Below, piece by piece: positions 1-11,714 of a stretch of DNA of 64,000 nt. A program made the translations under genes and the position numbers. The notes under the pieces were generated by a model. The model was given only the letters and a program-made list of their open reading frames with translations. It searched no databases and was not told where the DNA came from. This DNA comes from Octopus sinensis (taxonomy: Eukaryota): the NCBI RefSeq assembly GCF_006345805.1, contig NC_042998.1, positions 13,144,001-13,208,000 on the forward strand, read 5' to 3'. Positions within the stretch are counted from its first letter, which is position 1, and each line of letters begins with the position of its first letter.

Positions 1-211
1 GTAATAATAACAACAAAACCAGGACGTCAGGACAAGCGTCTTTTCGATAGGACGAGTTAAGTTTGTGAGCTGGCTATAGAAGAGTGCCTTAAGGCCACAG
101 AGAAACAAACAAGTGCGTCTTGTCACAATAACTGCTGGATGCGAAAAGGCAGTGGTCGGTGGCTAGTCACGTGAGGACAAAAGAGCGGAAAAAGGGACAG
201 ATGAAGAGAGA

Positions 212-1110
212 AGTTCTACGTCTATTTGTGGTGTCCTGTACACACGTATATATATTTATATATGCATGTATATATACATGTAGATGTAGGTACGTACATA
301 TATGTTTGTAAGTATGCATATATTATATTTATTACTCTATTGTATGACGGGGCCCTCGCGTCGATTCGATTCGTTTCGTTTCGTTTCTTCTTCTTCTCTA
401 AGCTGGTTTTATATATAATTATGACGCAAACTCTATAACTCCTCTCTTCTTCTTTCACCCTCTTTGGCTTCCTTCCTCTCTATCTCTCTCTCGCTCTCAC
501 TCCTCCTCCTCTCTCTCACAGCCGGGTCGACGAACTTCCTTTCCTCGTCTAGGCTTATAGGCCCTCATTATTTGTTTTCCTGTCCTGTTTCTATTCCTTC
601 TTGTACTGTATTTTCTGTAATTGTATTTTTAATTGTATTGTTTTTAATTGTATTTTTTTACGTCCTGTTTTTGTCACATTTTTTTCCTTGTTTTTACGCC
701 TCTGCAAAGGAATTTTATTTAATTATTTCGCAGGAAGGATTAGTTCGACGAGACGTGTTCTGTCCTCACCTTCGAAACACGCTGGAGTTGAACTAGGGAC
801 AGCTGATGAAGGGGATTTTTCCTTGTGTATTTGTCTTGTACTCTGTTTTTTCGTTGTTAAAAAACGGTCCGTTCCATGCTGTTTTTACTTTTTCGTTTCT
901 CGTTGAGTTCTACGTCTATTTGTGGTGTCCTGTACACACGTATATATATTTATATATGCATGTATATATACATGTAGATGTAAGTACGTACATATATGTT
1001 TGTATGTATGCATATGTTATATTTATTACACTATTGTATGACTGAGCGCCCTCGCGTCGATTCGACTCGATTCGTTTCGTTTGTTCTTGTTCTCTAAGCT
1101 GGTTTATATA
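212..1110 (+). mobile_element. Small element with ~205-bp direct repeats (212-417 and 906-1110), resembling a partial-tandem Penelope-like pLTR
   Basis: Both repeats begin AGTTCTACGTCTATTTGTGGTGTCCTGTACACACG and end CTCTAAGCTGGTTT. The spacer carries GAAAC and CTGATGA motifs. A homologous partial copy lies at ~33670-33930. Confidence 0.6.
754..814 (+). ncRNA. Candidate hammerhead-like motif with non-canonical strand order
   Basis: CTGATGA 803-809 and GAAA 774-777. CGTGT 754-758 pairs with ACACG 777-781. CTGTCC 760-765 pairs with GGACAG 797-802. Stem II is weak (GGGG 811-814 with CTTC 770-773). Confidence 0.35.
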
Positions 1111-1119
1111 TATATATAT

Positions 1120-1149
1120 ATATAGATAGATAGTTAGATAGAGAGAGAG

Positions 1150-1202
<53 letters not shown>

Positions 1203-1220
1203 CATACATACATACATACA

Positions 1221-1250
<30 letters not shown>
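1120..1250. repeat. Compound (GATA)n(CATA)n microsatellite
   Basis: Directly visible tetranucleotide runs. Confidence 0.95.
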
Positions 1251-1252
<2 letters not shown>

Positions 1253-3878
1253 CCTACACAGATACACAGTTGTGCATATATTCATAACATATGTGAATCT
1301 AGAATCTGTGTCAGAAATATATAAATGTACATTTGCAAAATCAGAGACATTGAATTTTGCTATGTACGCTTAAAAGTATGTTCCATTATGCTCAATATTT
1401 TGTTCTGCGTTTAAACTTCACCGATTATGCTACATTCCCTTCGAGCTCATTGCAATGGTTTCGATTACTTTACCTTTCTTAAATTTACATTTCCTCATAG
1501 CCTTCCTAAATTCAATTGCCTAATGCAATTTTTTGAAATTATAATTCAGAGTTTTTTGTTTTCAATTGTATAAATCATGTGTCAATTATGAGTTATGTTT
1601 TAGTAAATGACTTGAAATTACTACTAATTTGCAACAAATAGATTTTCTGAAAAATATATATCAATCGAACTTTGAATGCTTCAGTATTACACTGTCAAAT
1701 CGAACTATTTCAGATTGATGTGATGATATTCCATAGCCAGTAAATACTAAATTAAGGCAGGGCGAAATTGCAAATATTTACAGAAAATAATTACGATCTG
1801 CTTATTGATTATAATTTTTGCAGTAATGTTATCAATTTTGCGCATGTGAATTTATTTTGGATACAAAAAAAATAAAAACAAAAATTAAGCATATCAAATG
1901 GTTTTACATAGATAGAACATTTTGCCTTATCATATTGGATCAATGTTTTAGTTGTCGGTATCATGATAGTTTGAAAAAGAACTAATATATAAATATTAGA
2001 AAGTACAAAATTGCATCAGATAAAATGCAATTGATACCGAATGTCATTAATTACATCAAAAGGAAAATGAAAAACATATAATTATATTTAATATTTTCTA
2101 CTAATCATCTTCCTCTCTTTGCGCGACTAACAAATATATGTTGTCAGCATATCTTATTACAATGGCGGAATTGTCAAAATGTTTAGATATATATTAAAAC
2201 TGAATTACTCAGAAATTGAATTATAGAAAAAAAAATTATTATACTCATTTGTATAATAAGCGCATTTTCGTATAAGCATACAACATACTTAGTGTTGAGA
2301 GGAACTTCCGTTGAGGCATATATGTATCCATTCACTTTCGTGGGTAGAGCAAAAAGCTGATGAAGTCAAATAAGACGCAGAAATATGAGGCCTTGTGAAT
2401 CAGAATGAACCATAATATTTTAGCGATAAATACACGCTATGGAATCTTATGATAAAATTCGGGAAGAAATATCAATGTTATTTTCTATTTATTATAAACC
2501 ACGCTAACGTTGCAGACCATTTTTCAGATTTTACAGAATACTGAAGTGAAGGAAGTGAGTCAGGGGAAGAGAAAAAAAAAGAACAAAAGATCTAAGGCTG
2601 ATTTAATGTTTGATCCTTGAGTGGCAATCTTAAATCGGTGCCAAAATGGCTTTTATCTGATTTCTACTCGCTCAATAGTAATATCTTAAAAAATTTCTCA
2701 ATGGAAAGATATTTAAAGAATGAACATTAACGGCTTGTTGAATGGTTTATCGATTCCCCAATCAATATGTCTAACTACTTGAGATAATCAAGGTTAGAGT
2801 GAAGAAGTACTGGATATTGATGTATACATCAATTTGCAAATAGGTATTCATGTAAAAGAGTAAAATTGTTTCTTCTTTCTTCAACTTCCTTTCACTACCA
2901 CACAGATTATATGAAAGAAATATTAATATTTATGGCGTTATTTCTTAAAAGGAATGAGGGATCAATGTTATAATATAAATTCGTATATGTTCATATGTAT
3001 ATGTATGTGCGTATGCATACACAAATGCAGGTATCTATTTATATGATTATGTCTAATTTGGTGTCTGTCTATTCAAATATATCGGTCTATTTTGAGTTGT
3101 GACTGTACGAATGGTGTAGTTCCTTATGGCCTTTTTCAGAACAAAGCTTCTAATGTTACATTACATACTAATTTGTTAGGATTTGAAACAAACGAATGCA
3201 TAAAGTTAATAAACTCTGCTACTCGTAAATTATGATTGTCCGCTAATATCATGTGGTATATAATTTGTGCCTAAATTGGTATTTTAAAATAATGGAGTCG
3301 AAAAGAAAATGAAACTGCAAAACATTTATTGTTTTCGATCTCAAATTGCTCGTCTTTTATTTTAGACTTACGCAGTGTATCAGCTTATACATATAGATTT
3401 AAAATGAACTGATTTATAAAAATATACTAATATTTTTCATTTATGGAATGAATGATACAGATCAATCATGGGGTAGACAAACAAAGTATTGAAACTATAG
3501 GTAATTAATCATTCGTTTCGACAAAGGGGGTTTATATATTTCAATATCAAGGTGATTCGAAGCTTCCTATGTTTGAATGATAAAATAATTACATTAAGAT
3601 AATAGAAGTATGTATTCTCACGCGCTTTATTATATACTTGTATAAATAAATTTTGTAACTGTTTAGGATTTATTGCAGTTTCCTGTAAAAGAATAAACAC
3701 GAAAACGCAACAATATATTAAATAAATCTGCCTGCAAAACAAATTCTCTTGGTTCATGAAATGTTTATTACTGAATCAAACATGTGTGCGTGGAGAAGCG
3801 ATCATGGATTGTATACAAAAATGAGGAAAGTAAATCTGAATGCATATATCGCTCAAAGCAATATGTGAAACACGTTTG

Positions 3879-3913
<35 letters not shown>

Positions 3914-5268
3914 CATTTACCATATATATATATCATTTACCAAACATTATCCGCTTCGAAACCGGAGTATTCTACAGATTTTTGCATGTATATAATTGTA
4001 GTGATGTGAGACAATGAAAAAAGGGTAAGCTTACGTATGGAAACTAAAAGACAAAACTCTTATACAAATATACCTTTGTTTTACCGGAAAAAAAAAAACG
4101 TTTTCTCTTGATTGCAGAGGTATAAAAGTAAGCGTTGTAATCAAAATTTCTTAAGATATGGTAAACAGCAAGAAAATAAAAGGAAGTATTTTTACTTAAA
4201 CACAAATTAATTTTTTTTAAAATTAATGTTCGAAAAGGGAACGGATGTACTTACAATGAAAATATATATCCAAAATTTCTATCACTGACATTCAATAGTC
4301 ACATTGTGATAAATACAAAATATCTTAAATTTGTCACTCATCTCAAATACAAAGCATCATATAAAGGAATCAATTCCTTCCTCTGAAGAAGTAATACGTG
4401 TAAGGCACAATTCAACGCGTAAGTGCACCATTATTCATCCATTTTCTCGGCACATGCGTTTATCTTTCAGAACAAAAATTTGGTAAAACATTGTCTAATT
4501 TCCTACTTTCTTCTTTTTTCATTCCCTATGTTTATCTGTCGTCAAGCCTCACCTCTAGTTACCTGATATAATTTTCACCCACTGGCATTTACCTAACCTT
4601 TCTAGGCCTGTATTTTTGCTTTCACTGCAGTCTGTCTCTTTGTTCCACTACAATGTCTCCATACATACATTAATATTTAATACACACACACACACAAAAA
4701 CACACACACAATTTAAGGCAAAGGAAAGAAAACATAGCTTAGAGAAATTGTCTAGAAGCCCAATATGTTAAGAGCATATAATTTAAAATGTGGGGCCACA
4801 GGGTCCGTACATAGAAGAGTGAGCTCACGCTTTTACCTTCTTCCCTTTGTTTATATTGTATACTCATGATGAAGCCCTGTTGCTTTAATTCAAATGCCCT
4901 ATCTAGTTGAAGAACTTTGTTCTCGCAATTATTTATAGACACCTTTTTGGCAATCCGATCGGTAACGGCCGTAGGATATATTACATCACCTATTTTGTTA
5001 TGCCATGCTTTGTATTAAAAAATAAGCTATAAATGTGGTCCAATCGATGTGTTGGTTAATTTGTAGTTTCCTCCATTTTCTAATTATTTCCATTGGCTCC
5101 TGGTAAACTCTTGTTTATCCTGTTATTATTTGCCCTCTATGGACATAGTGTGCCCGCATGCTAGAGTCCGGGGATAATACAGGTAACGAATGCCGATAGT
5201 ATGTATGGATATTTCATCCCTTAGTCGCTTACTGTAACTGCTAACTCTGTTTACACTATATATATATA

Positions 5269-5630
5269 TACTAGCAGTATCGCCCGGCGTTGCTCGGGTT
5301 TGTAAGGGAAATAACTATAAAGCATTTTTAGAGAGTTATAGCCAAAAAATAGCAAAAAATGATGGTAAATTTTTTTTGAGAGTTAAAAAGGTCGAGTTGC
5401 GTCCCCTAGACAGTCTGTGGTTTGTGTTTCTGATTCTCGATCCCATGTCGAATTTATCGATTTTTTTCAGAACTGGGGCAACTTTTCAAAATTTTCGCTG
5501 CGTTACTTTTGAATTATGACATTGGGCTATGTGGTGTCAAGTTTCATCAGAATCGGTTGAAAGCCGTGGTCAGGGTGAGGGTACAACCTAACAGACACAC
5601 AGACACGCAGACAGACAAACTGCCGTTATA
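5269..5630 (+). mobile_element. Non-autonomous Helitron/HINE-like element (Lep1-type architecture)
   Basis: Starts TACTAGCAGTATCGCCCGGCGTTGCTCGGG. Has AAGTTTCATCAGAATCGG near the 3' end, then an (ACAG)-like repeat. Embedded in (TA)n on both sides. Confidence 0.55.
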
Positions 5631-5640
5631 TATATATATA

Positions 5641-5754
5641 TACAAAATTAAGAGGAATGACCACTAAAGTGGACTCCCTATATGCTAAACATATACGTAC
5701 CCGTTGGCCCCCATGTTTAGCATATACGGTGTGGACATTCCTCTTAATTTTGTA
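5641..5754. repeat. 114-bp foldback (MITE-like hairpin)
   Basis: Perfect 19-bp outer arms (5641-5659 and 5736-5754) and perfect 14-bp inner arms (5679-5692 and 5713-5726). Confidence 0.85.
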
Positions 5755-6434
5755 TGTAAAACAATATTTAATCTTCGGATATTTAAATATGCTAACCCAC
5801 TGGTTTTAATTGATTAACATCAATTTCTACCCTTATTATTTAATTAGAAATACATATACATTGAAAGATCGAAATATACATGTATTTAAATATTTATATG
5901 TATATGTGTATCTGTGTTATGTGCGATTGTAAATCTTTGCGTCTGCTATTGGCTATCGATATTTGTATTTGAAATATAACTAATCACGTGCCTCATTTTA
6001 TTTCCTTTTTTACTTTACATAATCTATTTGTACCTGCTTTCATGTCAACTTATTTGTAAATGTTTTCAATTTTTTCTAACTGTATTGTTACCATATAAAT
6101 GTTTAGAAATTCTATTTTTTTTTGCTTCTTGCATCTGAAATTTCTATGTAATATTCGGTTATAAATCTTTTATACAATATTTTCTTACAAGAACGTAACA
6201 AGACTTATTTTTTCTAGAAAGTCAAAAATTTCTATATTGTTTCTGTCTGTTACTGTTATTTATTTTCAACACTGCAAATATTGTTAAACAATTTTTTTCC
6301 TATTCATTCGAACTTCCTAATTTGTTTCCCAGTAACAAAAACTTAAGAGATTGATTGTTCGAAAATCCGTCCTTTCTGTTTATTGAGATAAATTACATCT
6401 TCATGATGTTTTCAAAACTTACTTTGTATGCTTA

Positions 6435-6565
6435 CATGTATGTATGTATGTATGTATGTATGTATGTATGTATGTATGTATGTATGTATGTATGTATGTA
6501 TGTATGTATATATATATATATTTGCATGCACACAAACACACACATAATCATGTGCGTATATATAC

Positions 6566-6606
<41 letters not shown>

Positions 6607-6615
6607 AATAATATA

Positions 6616-6687
<72 letters not shown>

Positions 6688-7098
6688 TGTGTGTGTGTGA
6701 GTCTGTGTGTGTTTGTGCGTACGTGAATGTATAAGCCTGAATCTATTGCTAAGATGTTAAGTGTAGGCCATTGTTATTAGACTTATATTGTTGCTACATA
6801 TGTATTCCTGTCGCAACTGAGCTAATATTTAATTTTTTATTATAACTTTATGGTAGTAATTTATTTTTGCTGCTAGTGTTGTGTACAACAACAAGCCATA
6901 TGCCAAACAACAGAATACATTTAAAAAAAAAGAGTTGAAATATCACATACCATGTAAAGTGTAATAAATATTTTCTGAAATATATACTTTTAAATATACA
7001 TATATTCAACTGTTTTAAATCACACACGCAGTTACATAGCAACATATGTATATAAGAATATATGTATATATATACATGCATATATATCTATATTATAT

Positions 7099-7149
<51 letters not shown>

Positions 7150-7261
7150 GTATGTATGTATAGGTGTGTGTATATATGTATGTATATATATATATACATA
7201 TGCGTATATATATAAATATATTCATATAGATATATATATATATGTATATATATATATTATA

Positions 7262-7305
<44 letters not shown>

Positions 7306-7400
7306 TATATATATAATGTATATATATACATATACACACACACCTATACATACATACATGCCTCCATACTTACATATATATATATACACGCGCACACACA
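6435..7400. repeat. (TATG)n/(TA)n/(TG)n microsatellite clusters (6435-6715 and 7045-7400)
   Basis: Directly visible. They generate the spurious Y/I/M/V-rich ORFs. Confidence 0.95.
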
Positions 7401-8906
7401 GACCCACACAGAAACAGAAGTATGTATTCATATCTACATGTATGCCGTATATATGCATGCATACATATATACAAATGTATAGGTATTTTTTATATGTGCT
7501 TGTATGTACGTATGTTTGCATTTGTTTGTATTCGAGTTTGAATGCTATTTGTGTGGCCTTCTATGAATTTTTAGAATAGCAAAACACATATCATTTCTTT
7601 CTGAATACGTTGCACCTGTAACTACCAATATAATTCAAAGCAATGTCAGTAAATATTATACTGTTGAAATAATATTTGTTTAGCCATCTGGCATCTTTCT
7701 AGCTTTCGTATTAATATCAAGAAAAAAACATCTTTATTTTCACTGAAAATGCTACATATTTTCTCCCTCAAATTGGAATTTCGATTACAATTTTGCTTTC
7801 TTTTTGTATTCAGAGAAGTTAATTCGATTTATTTTAGAATTCCTTATAAACGTTGTCTGTTGCAGCATGTATCTTATAAGTGCTTCTGAAATCATAACGT
7901 ATTCACGTTATCTCATTCTTATACACATTACAAATATATATTTTTAAAAAATCAAACAATATCTGTGTAGTTTTGCTATGAATGATTGTGCAGTTTGTCT
8001 AGTTGCTTTAACACTTTACCAATATTTTCTCATAATTTTTTGTTGACTTGTGTAGTCGAGGATGTTCTCAATGTTGTTTCGCCTCAGACTTTACGAAAGG
8101 AATCTTGCTTTTGCTGTTTGCGTCGTTATTGTCTTCACTTTCCATTACAAATAGATTTATCAATGATTTAAAGAGGAAATATGAACGTTTCTTTCAATTC
8201 AGATAATAAATCTTATATTTCTGGTAAAATGCATTGCAATTTTGAAAGTGATAGGATGCTGCCGTGTAGAAGCCTATATTGAAAGTAGCAAAATAGTGTC
8301 ATTTACAATGATTTAATGCAATTAATTTTTACTTGAGACCTCTAACAAAATTCCATCTTTTTCAAAATGAAAGTAAGCATCATACTGACACAAATGGAAA
8401 TTGGTTAAATTACTTCGTTCCTTTCTAATTTATAATACCATCCACGATAAATGAACACAATATTTATTTCATTCCCAACTTCGATTGTTATTCAACCACC
8501 AAACTATAGAGAATACCACATAATATTTAATATTTTCCAGAATATATATAAAATCTTGCTTAGTTGTCATTAGTTGAGTAATTGAAGAAAGCAAAGGTAG
8601 ACTCGGGCAAAATTTGATTAAAGTTGTTAAAATATATGTGAGAGTCTTTGCTGTTTCTCGTGAACGCGGATAAAATTTGTCACTCTGTCTTCAAATTATT
8701 GGCAAATACAAGAAATTAGGTGAATTCACTTAATAATAATGTTCTTTCAGAGTCGAATACCATACTAGAATAATCGAATAATCTTTTAATTACATTGTGT
8801 CTAATTAATTACACTACGTTTAGTCAAGGAAGTAGCTATTTGTAACAGTATTTTTCAATGCAGAATTTATTTATGGAAACAATATCATTTGGACGTCTAC
8901 TGATTT

Positions 8907-9123
8907 TACGAGGGAGTGTCGAATATTCCTAGTTGTAAGGGAATTGTGAAAGGCATGACTGGGGTCCAGACTCCTGAGTTATTTTACAGGGCTTAGAAAG
9001 CCTGAAGAACTGCTGCATAACTGCGTGAATCTCAGTGGTGAATATGCTGAATAAAATCATAATTACCTGATCTTCTTGTATATTCTTTTACCAAAGCCAG
9101 GAACTTTTCGGCACCCTTTCGTA
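8907..9123 (+). mobile_element. Internally deleted mariner derivative (MITE)
   Basis: 5' TACGAGGGAGTGTCGAATATTCCT versus 3' AGGAACTTTTCGGCACCCTTTCGTA (imperfect TIR). The interior resembles the end of a mariner transposase CDS. Confidence 0.65.
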
Positions 9124-9576
9124 TATTATGGTTCTGGGAATATATTTCTCTGACCCACCCCGAAACTTTTCAGGGATTCTTCATATGTTAACCTCAGATA
9201 AATCAACTCAGATTGAAACACTTTGCATCCGTATCCTTTCCATAAACATTAAGCATCATTAAGTCATTAGAAATTGTCCCGCGAATTATTTCACCGATTA
9301 CACTCAAAATAATATTTTGTATTTACGGTGAAAAAAAGTGATCAATTGCAAACTTTGCGAAAATATAATTACTCATTAAGCTAAATAAAAAGAATGCACT
9401 TAAATTAAACACGAACATTCCATGTTGAATTTGAGTACAGTAAACCATGTTAGTAGAATTGATTTTAAAAGCTCTTTTGTACTTTTCTTGGTTTTAATAT
9501 GCGCTCTCCCTCACACACCTTTTGCTTTCTTTATCTTTTTCTCCTATGCCAACTGAAACATATGTAAGCATGCATG

Positions 9577-9635
<59 letters not shown>

Positions 9636-9799
9636 AGGCACAAAACTGTTAGATGAGGATCAAATTTAACATGGAGTGTAAAAACGAACATGTTTGCCAA
9701 ATTTTGTTTTTTATCTCCGTAAAGGCAAGAAAGCTGCTGAGGCCCACAAAGAGATAAGCAAAGTTTATGGTAGTGATTGCTTAACAGAACACACATGTT

Positions 9800-10722
9800 A
9801 GAAATTGTTTAAAAATTCCGTTCTGGACAATTTTCACTCAAACGCGTTCAACGTTATGGTCGACTTGCTAAAGTTGATGATGAACGAATCAAAGCCATGA
9901 ATGAATCTGCTTGTCATATAAATGTCCGAGAGATTGCAGAGAAGTTAAATACATCACATTCAACAATTGCAAATGGCTTAAAATAGATTCCACATAAATT
10001 GAAAGAGATTTACTTAACATAACGAATGAATATTCGCGACATGCATCTTAAAACGCAATGAAATCGGCCTTATTTCCAAACGTATCATCACTGGTGATGA
10101 AAAATAGATTGTCTACAATAACTTCAATCGAAGACGACAATGGGCCAACCGTAATGAACCAGCACAGGCCACTTCGAAAGCTGAATTGCACCAAAAGAAG
10201 ATCATCCTGTCAATTTGGTGGAATACAAAGGTGTTGTGTTTTTTTTGAGTTGCTACCAAGGAACCAAATGATCAATTCAGATGTTTACTATGAACATCTA
10301 CTGAAACTAGAGGAAGCAATCAAAGATAAACGGCCAGAATTGGCAAATCGTAAAGGAATCGTATTCTAACAATGACAACGCTAGACCACACGCGTGTTTA
10401 CTAACTCATGAAACATTATTGGGAAGTGATGTCACATCCACCATATAGACCTGAATTTGCACTATCAGATTACAATTTAATTCGAAGTTTACAAAATTCT
10501 TTGAATGGTAAGACTTTCAATAATGCTGATGACCTGAAATCGCACTTGCTTCAGTTTGGGGCTGACAAGAATTAGAGGTTCTATGAGCGCGGAATCAGGA
10601 AGTTGTCAGAAAACAAAACCTCATCCAACAAAATGGAAAGCATATGATTCATTCTTTGTATGAAAAGAAAATACTTATTTTTCTCACTAAAAAACCGAAA
10701 TGGCTTTCTTGCCAACCCAATA
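9800..10722 (+). mobile_element. 5'-truncated mariner (DD34D, Mos1-like) transposase pseudogene
   Basis: Broken frames give FKKFRSG, IITGDEK, FFELLPRNQMINSDVYYEHLLKLEEAIKDKRPELANRKGIVF, DNARPH and HPPY. Ends in the mariner-type TIR TTGCCAACCCAATA. Confidence 0.9.
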
Positions 10723-10734
10723 TATATTATTTTA

Positions 10735-10930
10735 TTCTTTCAGTCATTTGCCTGCGGCCATGCTGGAGTACTGCTTTAAAATATTTTAGTAGAACAAATC
10801 GACCCAGGCCATATTTTTTAAAACTTAATACTTATTCTTTCAGTCTATTTTGCCGAACCGCTAACTTACGTAGAGAAAACCTCTGCAACACCACTTGTAA
10901 AGCGGAAATGAGGGACAAGCACAAACACAT
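10735..10930 (-). mobile_element. 3' part of the abundant SINE family A
   Basis: CAGTCATTTGCCTGCGGCCATGCTGGAG...CCGAACCGCTAACTTACG matches the copies at 13757, 19781 and 46008. Confidence 0.8.
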
Positions 10931-10984
10931 GGGTATGTACGTCATGTTGGATCGTTAGCTCTTACACGCATTTTTTCTCTCTCT

Positions 10985-11155
10985 TGTTTCTCTCCTTGTT
11001 ATTTTTCTGTGTATCATTCTGTCGAAGAGCGTGGGCTCGAAACGTAAAAGACTTGTTTTATTTCTATTCCTGAGTGCCATACTAATACAATTGTTTGTTT
11101 GTACTCCACCTTCCTTCGTCTTTTGTTTATTTTCGTAAACCTTCCTGTTATATAT
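10985..11155 (+). mobile_element. Short repeat carrying the GAAGAGC-loop-GCTCGAAACGT motif (degenerate HHR core CTGTCGA)
   Basis: CTGTCGAAGAGCGTGGGCTCGAAACGTAAAAGAC at 11019-11052. Related copies at ~16300-16430(-) and 46880-46975(-, core missing). Confidence 0.65.
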
Positions 11156-11478
11156 ATATATATAAAAATTAGAGATAAAACCACTATTATGCAACTGAAA
11201 CAGTGATAGACATAAACCAATACATAAATAGCAAAAAAAAAATATTTTTATAAAACATATAACTTATAACTAAATCTCAAAGAGTATAAAACGAATGATA
11301 AATATATAATATAATAAGTAAAAACACTACGTACACTTCATGGCTACAATTAAATTCGAATTACAATTAAGTTTAAATTCATTGAATTATACTCCCTAAT
11401 ATTATATATATATATATATATGTATATGTATATTATATGTATATGTATATGTATATATATGTATATGTATATATATAT

Positions 11479-11714
11479 ACGAGAAAGAAGCAACAAGAAT
11501 GGATAGGTTTTTAGTACGATCGTTTCATACAAGGACAGGTTTTATTAAAAGTTGCAAAGATTACAGCATATAAACGAGTCCCGTACTCATCAGCTAAAAT
11601 ACATGTAAGTTCTCTAGACATCCTAGTGTTTGAGGCTATACTCATGAAGTAATGTAGATAATTAAACAGATTTCTAAAGTTCATTAAAGTTCTTTAAAGA
11701 TGATGTACAGTCTT
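11479..11714 (-). mobile_element. Penelope-like/retrozyme-like terminal repeat with hammerhead
   Basis: Reverse complement aligns with 55958-56200. Ends in (TA)n and contains a complete HHR core. Confidence 0.75.
11509..11599 (-). ncRNA. Type I hammerhead ribozyme motif (palindromic stem III, predicted dimer type)
   Basis: Minus strand: TTTTAG-CTGATGA-GTACGGGAC-(41 nt)-GTCCTTGTAT-GAAAC-GATC-GTA-CTAAAA. Stem I TTTTAG/CTAAAA. NUH triplet GUA, predicted cut between 11515 and 11514. Confidence 0.8.

Noticed and set aside
2356-2395. CTGATGA-AGTC..GAC..GAAA hammerhead candidate
   Set aside because: GAAA is not adjacent to stem II, and there is no stem I, stem III or NUH.
6355-7579. Long ORFs of 123-177 aa (also 15233, 45599, 51159, 51953, 59524 and 63383)
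   Set aside because: Translations of (TA)n, (TATG)n, (CA)n or trinucleotide repeats, not genes.
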